64,000 bases of DNA from Mobula birostris (Eukaryota). Position 1 is the stretch's first letter, and the number at the start of each line of letters is the position of its first letter. Where the stretch lies: NCBI RefSeq assembly GCF_030028105.1, contig NC_092389.1:58839241-58903240 (forward strand). Reading direction: 5' to 3'. The notes under the pieces were generated by a model. That model did no database searches. It was not told where the DNA came from and saw only the letters and a program-made list of their open reading frames with translations. The position numbers and the translations under genes are program-made. Below are positions 26,525-38,337 of the stretch, piece after piece.

Positions 26525-26594
26525 ATGGTGTATCCAGTCATCTGGCGAATACAAGGCGTTTACTATCCATTTATTTCTGCCTTTGGAATTGCCG
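26525..26594 (+). CDS. GPR139-like GPCR gene 3, exon 1 (MVYPVIWRIQGVYYPFISAFGIA)
   Basis: ATG at 26525, phase-1 donor GCCG|GTAAG; paralog of 18821-18890. Confidence 0.88.
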
Positions 26595-27889
26595 GTAAGC
26601 CGCAGAGTCAGCTGCCGTGGGTGGATGTTGAAGTTTAATCCCAATGACGTGATTGATTCTGCCGCTGGTTTAAACTCTCACATTCCTGTCCCGGTATTCC
26701 GCATTTCAGGAATGGAGTGGAAACACCGGGACTACAGATGCTGGGATTTCTATCTAAAAGCAAACCGCTGCAGGAAATCAGCCAATCAGCCACTTTCTGT
26801 GAGACTGAGCGGGTCAGGCAGCGTTCTTCCAGCGGTTTGTGTTTCATAATGAGATGCATTTGCAAATATTGTGTTTATACAGCCGGCCGAGCTTATGCCA
26901 ATTGATCGTCTGCATTTGAATGTGAGTGATTGTCCACTTCGGAGCACCCATCAATCCAATGGATTTTTAGTAAATGTCTGCGATATGACTGAAGAGAAAG
27001 CAGATGATGGACAACACAGTGAAGTCGATGCTGTCAATTAACACAACCGACGCTTGCTTCATAGTTATCAATACTGTGAAATGTATTCTATTATATCTAC
27101 ACTTGACACCGTTACAGACATCTGACTCCGGCACCGAGTTCGCTGCTGGACGTTGAATTCCTCTCCCCTGCTTCCCTGTGATGGGTTCAGTGGGAGGCGT
27201 CATGTCTGTCTGTGAGGTTGTGTCAGTCTGCGCAGTATCTGTTCGAATCAGTCAATGTTCTGTTGTAAAGTCAGTGAGGTGGTAAATGCTGGAACAGGAA
27301 ACAAACTCTGGGAATGCTGGAAACACTGAGCCCCAAGCAGCTTTTATGGGAAGAGAAACCAGTTAACACTCGTGTCCGGGGTCTCTCTCAGAACAATCCT
27401 GCGGAGAGATACTTTAACTGTTTCCCACATATTCTGTTTCGCCTGGGTGAGTGTTTCCAGCATTTCCTGTTTTCGTTCCGTCCTTCGGCTGTTCTGTCCC
27501 TGACCAGGATCGCCATGGAAGTTGTTGATGGTTTAACGGAAGAATCCCGCCATCAGCGTCCGGTTTTATTCATTTCATCAGGAGGAGACGCGGAAAGGGC
27601 CGGCAGAAAATGTTCCATCCAGTATTGACCCTGAGGAGGTAGTTACCCAGTTTTATCTTTCCGCTGTCTCTTCACATTTCGCTCATCAGTAAGGAATCTG
27701 TATTCAGACCATATTGACATTATTTTACAGTATGAACTCCTTCTCTCTCTCCGCCAGCTCTATGCCCTCTCTCAATCTTCCCACCGCTAAATGCAACAAC
27801 AAAGTGGAAATATTAGGGGATCCCCTCAGACTGCCGCATTGGCTTCTGCTCAGTATTTTCTCAACTTGCTTTTCCTGTCTCTCTTCCAG

Positions 27890-28791
27890 CGAACGTGGTA
27901 GCGATTGTGATCCTGTCCCGGGGAAAGTGTGGTCTCGCCAAATGTGTCACTCGCTACCTGGTCGGAATGGCAGCGGCCGATCTCCTGGTCGTTATCTCCC
28001 ATCCGCTGCTGAGCTGGACTGCTCCGATTTATTTTCCCCGATCGATCCTGTTCATCACTCCTGTGTGCAGAGTCATTCTATGGTTGATGAATGCGAGCAC
28101 TGCCACCTCAGTCTGGCTGACTGTCGCTTTCACCGTCGATCGATTTGTGGCTATTTGTTGTGAGAAGCTGAAAACAAAATATTGCACCGGGAGAACGGCG
28201 GCTGTGGTTACCGGGACAGTCAGTGTGCTGGCCGGTTGGGAGACTGTCCCCTCCGGCTTTGTATACGGACCTGGACAAATAATTGATGGTGTTCCCAGGG
28301 GTTGTGTTCCTACACCGAGCTTCGCAAACTCTGCCTCATGGGCGGCATTTGAAATGTTTCACCTAATTTTAACCCCTTGTGTCCCATTCTTTCTGATTTT
28401 GCTGTTCAATATCCTGACGGTCAGGCGGATTCTAGCGGCCAGTCGAGCCCGCAGGGGGCTCCGGGGACAAAAGAGTGGAGAGAATGACAAGGACCGGGAG
28501 ATGGAGAACCGACGCAAATCCATTGTTTTGCTCTTCAGCATAACCGGTAGTTTCATATCGTTGTGGGGAACAGGGGTGGTATTTTCCATCTATCAACGGA
28601 TTTCAATGTCTTTTTTCGGTTCTGTCACGGATCCCCGTTACATCACGGGACAGACAGCGGATATGCTGCAGGTTCTCAGTTCCTGCACCAACACGTGTAT
28701 TTACGCCCTGACTCAGAGCAAATTCCGAGAGGAAATGAAGAATGCGGTGAAATACCCATTGAATTGGATTTTGAAACTCATTAAACATTAG
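27890..28791 (+). CDS. GPR139-like GPCR gene 3, exon 2 (intact; 323 aa spliced)
   Basis: Acceptor ctcttccag|CG AAC; YLVGMAAADLL, FTVDRFVAICC, CTNTCIYALT; open to TAG. Confidence 0.93.
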
Positions 28792-28948
28792 AAATAAATG
28801 TTGTAAAATATGACAAGTCAGCTGCCTTCATGCTCCCTATTCTATCCCCCGACTTGTGGGTAAATGGAAACAATGTGATGAGCAGAGTAACAAAACAAAC
28901 ACGAGAGAATCTGCATTCGCTCGAAATACAAAACAACACACACAAAAT

Positions 28949-28987
28949 CAGATCCTGATGAAGGGTCTCGCCACGAAACGTCGACTG
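28949..28987 (+). ncRNA. Minimal hammerhead ribozyme-like motif downstream of the gene 3 stop
   Basis: Identical to 21319-21357. Confidence 0.6.
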
Positions 28988-29184
28988 TTTACTCTTTTCC
29001 TCACACAGAAAGTTGGAGGAACTCAGCAGGCCAGGCAGCAGCGATGGAGAAGAATAAACTGTCAGCGCTTCGCGTCAAGATCCTTCACCAGAGTCTTGTC
29101 AACTGTTTACTCTTTCCCTGTTTTGTGCGAAGGAGAGAGCAAATGAGACATCGCGAGGAAAGGGCGCGCACGACAGCACGTGAG

Positions 29185-29392
29185 GGAGAGGGCGCCACGG
29201 AGACGACGCTAGAGTGACCGTGACGGAGAGCGCGCCACGGAGACGACGCTAGAGTGACCGTGACGGAGAGGGCGCCACGGAGACGACGCTAGAGTGACCG
29301 TGAGGGAGAGGGCTCCACGGAGACGACGCTAGAGTGGCCGTGAGGGAGAGGGCGCCACGGAGACGACGCTAGAGTGACCGTGAGGGAGAGGG
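29185..29392. repeat. 40-bp CpG-rich minisatellite, 5 copies
   Basis: agacgacgct recurs at 29201, 29241, 29281, 29321, 29361. Confidence 0.95.
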
Positions 29393-29929
29393 CCCGAGGG
29401 AGATGTCGTGAGAGTGAGCGCGAGGGAATGGGCGTTTGGTAGAGGCNNNNNNNNNNNNNNNNNNNNNNNNNNNNNNNNNNNNNNNNNNNNNNNNNNNNNN
29501 NNNNNNNNNNNNNNNNNNNNNNNNNNNNNNNNNNNNNNNNNNNNNNNNNNNNNNNNNNNNNNNNNNNNNNNNNNNNNNNNNNNNNNNNNNNNNNNNNNNN
29601 NNNNNNNNNNNNNNNNNNNGCCGGATCTGTGGTTCCACTCTATCACTGAGATCGGCTGGTTTAGTGGATGATAAGTATTATTTTGAATTATGTACAGCTA
29701 CTACTGTAGACATTAGTTTTTTTTTTGTTCTGTATTAAAATACTATGAGTTCTAACAAATTGCCTGGTTTAAACACGTGTGCAGTCTCCTTTGTTTGCGA
29801 ATGCATAAGTAAATTGCCTGAGCTGAATCAAAGAAGAATACAATAAATGATTTTTAAAATAATGTTCATTACAAACAGGCGATGAGAAAGCACCTAAACA
29901 CATGGGATGGAAAGGTATGAATCAGATGT

Positions 29930-31850
29930 AGCAAACATTTTAGCGGGGAACACAGACAGGAGTATCTGTGGAAATGAGTGAGACTGCAGGGTGGTGCGTT
30001 ACCCTCATCAGACCATGACCAAGGATGTCTCTGAGACAGTTCGGGCCATTCTGAAAGGGCAGGGTGAGCAGTCGGAGGTTGTGATTCTTATTAGAACTAA
30101 TAACAGAGAGACAATGTTTTGCAAAGAGAATTAAGGGAGTTGGGCAGAAAGTTAGGAAATAGGAACTCTTGCGTGGTGATTACAGGATTCCTTCAGATGC
30201 CACATGCTTGCGATATAAGATATACTAAGTTGGTACACTTAAATATGTGGCTAATTATCTGGTGCAGGAGGGAGAGCATCAGGAAATAAGATCATTGGTC
30301 CCTCTTCCAGGATAAGCGGGACTGGTGTCAGGAGGATGGGTTACAGTGAAGGGGATGTAATATTCTCACAGGGAAGCTTGCAGGAGACACGATGATGATT
30401 TTTATCATGTGGCATATGGAGGGGGTGTTGGGATCCAGAGCTACAGGTCAGTAAGTTGCAATGAGCGGAAGGTTGAGATGAGGTCGAGAAACCCTAACAG
30501 GAAGTCAAGATACGGCCAGGCTGATGAGCACAGTGGCACCGGAGGGCAGGAGTGCGTTTATTTCAGAGCAGGGTGTACAACAGTGAAAGCGGATGTACTG
30601 AGAGCCTGGATTAGTACATGTCACCGTGATTCATCCATTACAGAGATCTGGTCGAGAGAAGAGCAGCACTGGTATCGAAACATTCCAGGATTCATGTGAT
30701 TCAGACAGTGCAGAGGGAGGTAAATGAGGGTGGGGAGCTATGTTGCTGATCAGGCACAATGTCACAAGGTTGAGGTTATCCCGAAGGCTCATCCAGTCAG
30801 ACAATGCGGGTGGAACTGAGGAATAAGAAAGATGCAATCACTGTGATGGGATTATAGTGCGGGCCTCCTGATAGACAGTAAGAGAGAGGGACAGATATGT
30901 CAGCAGGTTATGGGCTGATGTGAAAACAACAGAGTAGCTGTAGTTGGTAAATAGTCTCCCCAGAATGACTGAGACTTCCTTACTGCCTGATACTTAGATG
31001 AGCATTATTTGTTCGTTGTGCTCAGGGACGTTTCCGGAGAGAGTATGAAGATGATCCACCAGGGAGGGGACATACTTGACATTGTATTGGTCAATGAGCC
31101 TAGCGAGATGTCTGGAACTCCACTGGGAAAGATCTAAGGATTATAATTCTGAAGGGTTTCAGCCAGTTATTGATTAAGGATGAGACTGGACCTGAAGGTG
31201 GATGAATGTCAGTTTGTGGAAGAATTGGGCAGGTGTCATAGAGAGTAGTCTGGGAGCTGATGTTACTGGTTGTTACTGCATGGAGCTGATGTTAGCTGTT
31301 GTCTGACATGTGAGAGTCACGTACAGCCCAGCCGGTCAGAATTTATTAGTTCCCTATCCCTGTGAGGAGGGTAGAGAGGGACAGGGATGGTCAGGAACTT
31401 AGGGTGATGAGGAATATTGTATTTGTTTAAAAATGTAAGAGGAGTCATGTGCAAGGACGAGGATGATGAAATTGGACAGGGTCTTGGAGGAACATACAGG
31501 GAGCAAGAAAGAAGTCACACAGTGAATCAGGAGAGTGAAGAGTGACCAGGAAACGTCCTCATTCAGGAGGATCAATGGGAATCCAAAGGCATCTCATGCA
31601 TACACAGAAAGAACAGTGGAGTGGGTAGAGGGCAGGACCACTCAAGGACAAAGGTGGGAGTTTACACCCGGAGGCAGAGTTAGCATGTGAGGTAGTAAAT
31701 GAACACTGGTGTTCACTCAGTGTACAAGGAGGAAAGCGTGATGAGAAAGGCGGTATGCTGATATTCTCCAGCGTGTTGATACTAAAGAGGAGGTGCTGTT
31801 GGGCATCTCAGACCATTTAGTTGGGTAAGTCCTTTGGGGGATTTAGACCA
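29930..31850 (+). mobile_element. Old CR1 LINE fragment (ORF1 end to mid-ORF2)
   Basis: Paralogous to 22480-23430 and extends further with decayed APE and linker sequence. Confidence 0.75.
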
Positions 31851-32489
31851 TTGGGGGGCACAGACCACATGCAGTTAAATGTGATGTTTAAACTGCCGGC
31901 ACCGTACTGTAAGAACAGAAATCTTAACAACATCTGACCCGTACTGTAAGGGAACGGAATGGTCTATCTCTGGTATAAGCATATCCTGCACATGTGACTG
32001 CACAAGAATAATCAACATTTGACTACAGGGACAGTGAACTTCACAATATCTAGAGCTTCACTACCAGGACACAGAACAATAAAACTCACAGCACTGTGCA
32101 GTGAGCACACGCTCCTGTACACACCCAGCACTGTACTCCACCGTTAAACACTTCAAGGACAGGGAACTGTACAAACGTGATATTGGACTGCAATTCATGA
32201 ACACTATCTATCCCCTCAATCCCACCGGACATCTCTCAGGATGTAACAGAGAGTTGACAAAGGAGAACCTTGAATGATGTGTGCTTCAATTTGCAAAGGT
32301 TTTTGAAATGCTGCTGGCAGAAAGAGGAACAGAAACGTAGGCAGGTTCTGTAAAGTTGGAAAGAGTAGTGTGTGGCTGTAATTTCCCCAACATTTACTCA
32401 GATTGTATTAGTGTAGAGGCTCCGAGGAGTGGAATTTGTTGGCATCCTGGAAATACGTACCAGCATTTACAGCCTATACTATGTCAGCT

Positions 32490-33110
32490 TGTGCAGATTC
32501 AGCATGTCATCTATGAAGTTGATAATGTTCTCTAGATATTTAGTGGAGAATAGCCTGACTGGTCTGGTTTAGAAACACCGATGCCCTTGAATGCAATAAT
32601 TGAAATGCTGTGGATGCAGCCAGTCCATCACAGGTAAAGCCCTCCTCACCACTGAACACATCTACAAGGAGCGCTGTCACAGGAAAGCTGCATCCACATT
32701 CAAGGACCCATCATCCAGGCGATGCTCTCTTCTCCATGCTGCCATCAAGAAGGAGTTACAGGAGCCTCAGGTCCCACAGCACCAGGTTCAGGAATAGCTA
32801 TTAAACCCCAACGATCAGGCTTTGGAAGCAGAGGGGATAATGTCAGTCAACACAACAATGAACTCGCTCTCAGCGAATTCACAGCTCATGTTCTTGATAG
32901 TTACTGCATATTTATCATCCGTTTTGCTTTGTTTTTTGTTTACATATACAATTTAGTCTCTTTGTTGTCTGTTCTACATTGGTGACTTGCCAGTCTCTGA
33001 TGTGTGCAGTTTTTCATTGATTCCTTCTCGTATCTTTGTATTTACTGTGCATGCCCGCAACAAAATGTATATGTTGACATTTGTACTTTAACAATACATT
33101 TACTTTCAAC
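32490..33110 (+). mobile_element. Rex1/Babar LINE 3' fragment
   Basis: HHPGDALFSMLPSRRSYRSLRSHSTRFRNSY. Confidence 0.8.
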
Positions 33111-33129
33111 ATTGAACTTCACAGAAAGT

Positions 33130-33460
33130 ATCTTGTGAGGATAGGTGGAGTAAGATAGGGCTTTTCTCTTTGGCAGGAAGCAGGATGAGAGGGGACTTGT
33201 TGGAGGTATACAAAATGACAGGAGGCATCAAATGAGTGGAAATCCAGAGCATGTTTCCCAAAGGGCATCTCGCTAAAACAAGGAGGCCCAATTTTAAGGC
33301 GATTTGGAGAAAAGTGTGTGTGTGTGTTTGGGGGGGGGGGCGTTGGCGGGTGGGTTGTGCGGATGACTGAGGATAACTTTTAAGCACAGAAAATGTGTGG
33401 AGTTTACTGCTAGGGATGGTGGTAAAGGCAGATGCATTAGGGACACTGAACAGTCCTTGC
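33130..33460 (+). mobile_element. CR1 3' fragment
   Basis: aggatgagaggggacttgttggaggtatacaaaatg (RMRGDLLEVYKM). Confidence 0.7.
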
Positions 33461-33489
33461 ACTGGGCATGACCCTTGCAATTGATGAAT

Positions 33490-34234
33490 TTCAGTGGGAG
33501 ACCATTTTGATAACAGTCATCCTCAAAGATGGATACAATCTTGGAGGATTTTGCTAAACTAAGGGCAGCTAATGATCACATACCACCTTGTACTTCCTGC
33601 TCACCTTCTACTGCCTTCTTATCCTGACTGATGGAATGAAGGGATAGGTAAATAGGGGGAAACAGCGGAGAATGATTAAATTATACTCAACCACCATGTA
33701 GGCGCCTTAGCTTACTGTTTTGGACAGTCAAAAAGAAACTTTACCCAGCAACCAGTGACGTACTAGACATTGTTCTCTAAAGATTGGCAAAGGCTCAAAT
33801 AAGGAGCAATCTGATCTTGGAGAAGCAGCTCAAGGTATAGCTAAATATGGGAGGGATGAGGTAACGCCTAGAATGTTCTGGAGAAAGGGGGGAGGTTCCG
33901 AACGAGGAGCTGATGGGCTAGTTTTGGCTTAAGATAATTATAACTAACTTACCAATGATTATCTTACATCTAGTTGTATTTTAGCATGTGATTGAAATGA
34001 TTCTAATATTGTCTAAACTTGTAATCGTAAGATTTCCTGCTACCTGATCAATGTTATAAATTGTGGAGAATTGTGTAATTCGGGGGCAGTTTCTGGACTG
34101 GTTCCTTTGGGAGATCAGTCTGTAACTTCCCCCATAGCATGCTATGAGTGCAGAATAAAGTTTTGAAAAGAATTACGTGTGTCAGTGTATTTGTAGTACA
34201 ATTCCTATTGCATCGGGTCCGATCTAGTACGACA
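33490..34234 (+). mobile_element. Possible solo LTR
   Basis: TATAAA 34055, AATAAA 34154, GT-rich downstream segment, ends ...ACGACA; left boundary uncertain. Confidence 0.4.
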
Positions 34235-34599
34235 GTATGATNNNNNNNNNNNNNNNNNNNNNNNNNNNNNNNNNNNNNNNNNNNNNNNNNNNNNNNNNNN
34301 NNNNNNNNNNNNNNNNNNNNNNNNNNNNNNNNNNNNNNNNNNNNNNNNNNNNNNNNNNNNNNNNNNNNNNNNNNNNNNNNNNNNNNNNNNNNNNNNNAAT
34401 GTGACAGAGAATCTGAGAGTTCCCATTTGGATTCAGGAATGTTTCCAGTAACTGGTGTGTCTCGAAAGAGGGGTCACAGTGATGGGACGAATATTCAGAT
34501 CAGAACAAAATAATTTACGCAGCAGGTAGTGAACCTTGGGAGCTCACATCCCACTCTTGTGTTTGAGAGAGACATTTACAAATTTAAATGTGCAATTTA

Positions 34600-35340
34600 A
34601 AATGAACAAAGTAAATGTATTGCCAAAGTATATCTATGTCACCATGCGCAATCCTGAGATTCATTGTTTGAGGCAAACTCGGTAAATCCAAGAATCAAGA
34701 CTGAATCAATTAAAGACCTAACCCAAGATCATGGACATAAAATCAATGTGCAAAAGAGAACAAACTATGCAAATACAATATTAAAAAAAAGGAAATAATA
34801 AATAAATAATAATAAATATTAAGAAGAAGAGAGAGAAAAAAAATAATAAAAAAATAAATAAATAAATAGATAAATAAATAAATTACAGTATACATATATT
34901 TAACAGATTAAAAATATACAAAAACTGAAATACTGTATATTAAATAAGTAAGGTAGTGTCCAAGGGTTAAATGTTCATTTAGGAATCGGATGGCAGAGGC
35001 GAAAAAGCTGTTTCTTCATCGCTGAACGTGTGCCTTCAGGCTTCTGTGCCACCTACCTGATGGTAACAGTGAGAAAAGTTCATGTCCTGGATGCTGGAGA
35101 TCCTTAATAATGGACGATGCCTTTCTAAGACACCTCTCCCTGAAAATGTTCTGGATACTTTATAGGCTAGTACCCAAGATGGAGCTGACTACATTTACAA
35201 CTATCTGCAGTTTCTTTTGGTCCTGTGCAGTAGCACGCCCCCCCCCCCCCACTCCCACCCGCATACCAGACTGTGACGCTCACGGTCAGAGTGCTCTCCA
35301 TTATACACCTATAGAAGTTTTTAAGCCTATTTGTTGACGT
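34600..35340 (-). mobile_element. Rex1/Babar-type LINE 3' fragment(s)
   Basis: cttcaggcttctgtgccacctacctgatggtaacagtgag matches the copies at 16780 and 25080. Confidence 0.8.
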
Positions 35341-35344
35341 GCCA

Positions 35345-38120
35345 ATTCTCGAGTTTGTTCGTCTATAAATACTTCAATAATTAATGCAATATGAATTTTG
35401 ACCTCTAGATGATGCACCCCTAAAAAATCTATATAGCCAAGGTGAAAGAATATTAGAAAAGGATTTGAAAAAATTCTACTGTGAAACCATTCGAACCAGG
35501 TGCTTTACCTGAATTCATCGAAAAAATAGATAAAGATCCCACAGAATGTGTACAATATAGGCCTATAACTTTGCTGAATGTAGATTCCAAATTTTTTTCT
35601 AAAATATTAGCGGCCAGATTGGAAAAAGTATTGTCTCAAATTATTTATGTTGATCAGACGGGTTATATTAAAAATCGTTGTCTTTTTTTAATATTAGGAG
35701 ATTAATGAATATTGTTTTTACTCCTTCACCTTGAACTCCAGAACGTGTCATTTCACTAGGTGCTGAGAAAGCGTTTGACAGGGTTGAATGGACGCATTTA
35801 TTTAGTTCGACGTTTATATCTTGGACTAAATTAATATACTTTACCCCTTCGGCGTCGGTATTTACCAATAATCAGAGATCTCCTATTTTTCAGTTGTTTG
35901 GCGGCAGCAGGCAAGGTTATCCTCTTAGTCCATTGCTGTTTGATATTGCTTTAGAACCCTTGGCCATTGCTATTCGTGAATCAACTATTATATTTGTTGT
36001 CACTCGTGGGAATGAAACACCTAAGTTATCACTATACGCTGATGATTTATTACTATATATTTCTAACCCCGAAATTCCGGGCACTCCTATCCTTGCTTGA
36101 TAAGTTTAGTAATTTTTCGGGCTCTAAATTGAACCTTAATAAAAGTGAACTTTTCCCTTTAAACATGCAGGTTCCAATTTATAGATGTTTACCATTCAGA
36201 CTGCTTAATGATTATTTTACTGATCTGGGTGTTAAAATTACTAAGAAACATAAGGATTTATTTAAGCATAACTTTTTTTTACTTTGAATTGATCAAATTA
36301 ATCACATTTTTATTAAATGGTCGCCATTGTTTCTCTCAATACTTGGTCGAATTAACGCTATTAAGATGATTCTCCTACCAAAACTTGTATACTTGTTTCA
36401 AGCATTACCAATTTTTATTTCTAGATCCTTCTCTGATACTTTGGATTCTAAAAATCTCTTCATATATATGGCAGAACAAAAATCCTAGATTAAGTAATAA
36501 ATATTTACTGAAGTCTAAAGAGGGCGGTGGTTTGGCTTTACCAAATTTTAGATTTTACTATTGGGCAATTAATATCCGATATTTAATATTTTGGACACAG
36601 GATTTGGATATAACTTTACGCCCGCAATGGGTAAACCTGGAATGTAAATCTCTCCAAGGGTTTTCTTTGACTTCCATTTTAAGGACTTCTTCACCATTTG
36701 TTAGTTCTAAATTAAATAAACAAATGGTTAATCCAATAATTAAACACAAAATACAAATAAGGTTTCAATTTCGTAATTTTTTTTGGCTTGACCCAATTTA
36801 TTTCATCAAGCCCTATTACGTCTAATTTTTTCTTTCAACCTTCTATTATAGATCAAGCTTTTTCGGTATGGAAAATGAAGGGTATATTTAGCTTTCGTGA
36901 TCTATTTTGGAAAACTGTTTCATATCGTTTGAACAGTTATCTAATAAATATAATTTGCCTAGATCTCACTTTTTCAGATAATTACAAATTAGAAACCTTT
37001 TAAATATTAATTTACCCACATTTCCAACTTCACATCCAATTGATATTATGGAAAAATTCCAAGTTTAAATCCTTTTCAGAAGGGTTTAATAGCATTCATT
37101 TATCATTTGAATTTGAAAATAAATTCAGGTATATCTGACAAAATTAAGACTGAATGGGAAGGAGAACTCCAACTTCCTTTACCTATAGAAAAATGGGGGG
37201 AACATTTCAATTAGTTAACACGTCCTCTTCATGTGCTAAACATACATTGATACAATTTAAGGTGGTACATAGGGCACATAAGTCTAAAGACAAATTAACT
37301 CGTTTCTATGCAGGTATAAGCCCAATTTGTGATCGATGCCATTATGAAGTTGCTTCCTTGACTCATATGTTTTGGTCTTGCCCTTTCTTACATAAATATG
37401 GGAAAGATATCTTTGATATTATTTCTACTGTTTTGCATATTAATTTACAACCACACCCTGTTTCTGCAATATTTGGGTTACCAATGATGGATGATAGTTA
37501 CTTCTCCCCTTCATCCTGTCGAATGATTGTTTTTTTTTAACATTAATGGCTAGAAGATGTATCTTATTGAACTGGAAAGAGGTCAATCCCCCTACTACAT
37601 TTCAATGGTTTTCTCAAACTACATCTTGTTTAAATTTAGAGAAAATTAGAAGTGGCACCTTCGACCCTTCCATTAAATTTGAAGAAACTTGGAGACCATT
37701 TATTCAACATTTCCATATGATATAATTTGACCTTCTCGAATCCTTTTTTTTTTAACTTATAATACACGTATAGAGGAGTGGAGTTAACGACATTAATGAT
37801 TTTATCTAATGTAATATGTTAGCCTGTCTTTTATTTTTCTATAGTCCTGTTTTCAGTTTTATTTAGTTTAGGTTAATATTGCTTAGTTTAATTAATATGT
37901 CTTTTTTTTTCTTTTCTAATTTGTTTTTTTTTAGATTTTTTCTCATTTATCCTTCTACCATGTTTAATTATATTTAGAGTCTGGGAAACTTTATACATCT
38001 GTATTATTACCAATGCAATATTTGCAATGCCAATTATTAATAATGTCATCCCAATCTCTGTTTATTAATAGTGTTGCTATGTTTATAATTTTGAAAATTA
38101 ATAAAAAGATTGGAAAATAA
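35345..38120 (+). mobile_element. L1-clade LINE, 5'-truncated, frameshifted ORF2
   Basis: YRPITLLNVDSK, RQGYPLSPLLF, LYADDLL, GGLALPNF, C-terminal CDRC...HMFWSC; T-rich 3' UTR ending aataaaaag. Confidence 0.9.
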
Positions 38121-38194
38121 ATTTTGAACTCTGTTCTTGCTTTTTTTTAAATGGCGTCAGCCATTTTGTGAACAGTTTTGTGAACAGTTGTGAA

Positions 38195-38337
38195 CAGATA
38201 CATGGATGGGAGGTGTATGGAGGGATATGGTCCGTGTGCAGGTCAGTGGGACTAGGCAGAAAATGGTTCGGCACAGCCAAGAAGGGCCAAAGGGCCTGTT
38301 TCTGTGCTGTAGTTTCTATGGTTTCTATGGTTTCTAT
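38195..38337 (+). mobile_element. CR1 3'-end fragment with (GTTTCTATG)n tail
   Basis: Near-identical to 49832-49966. Confidence 0.9.
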
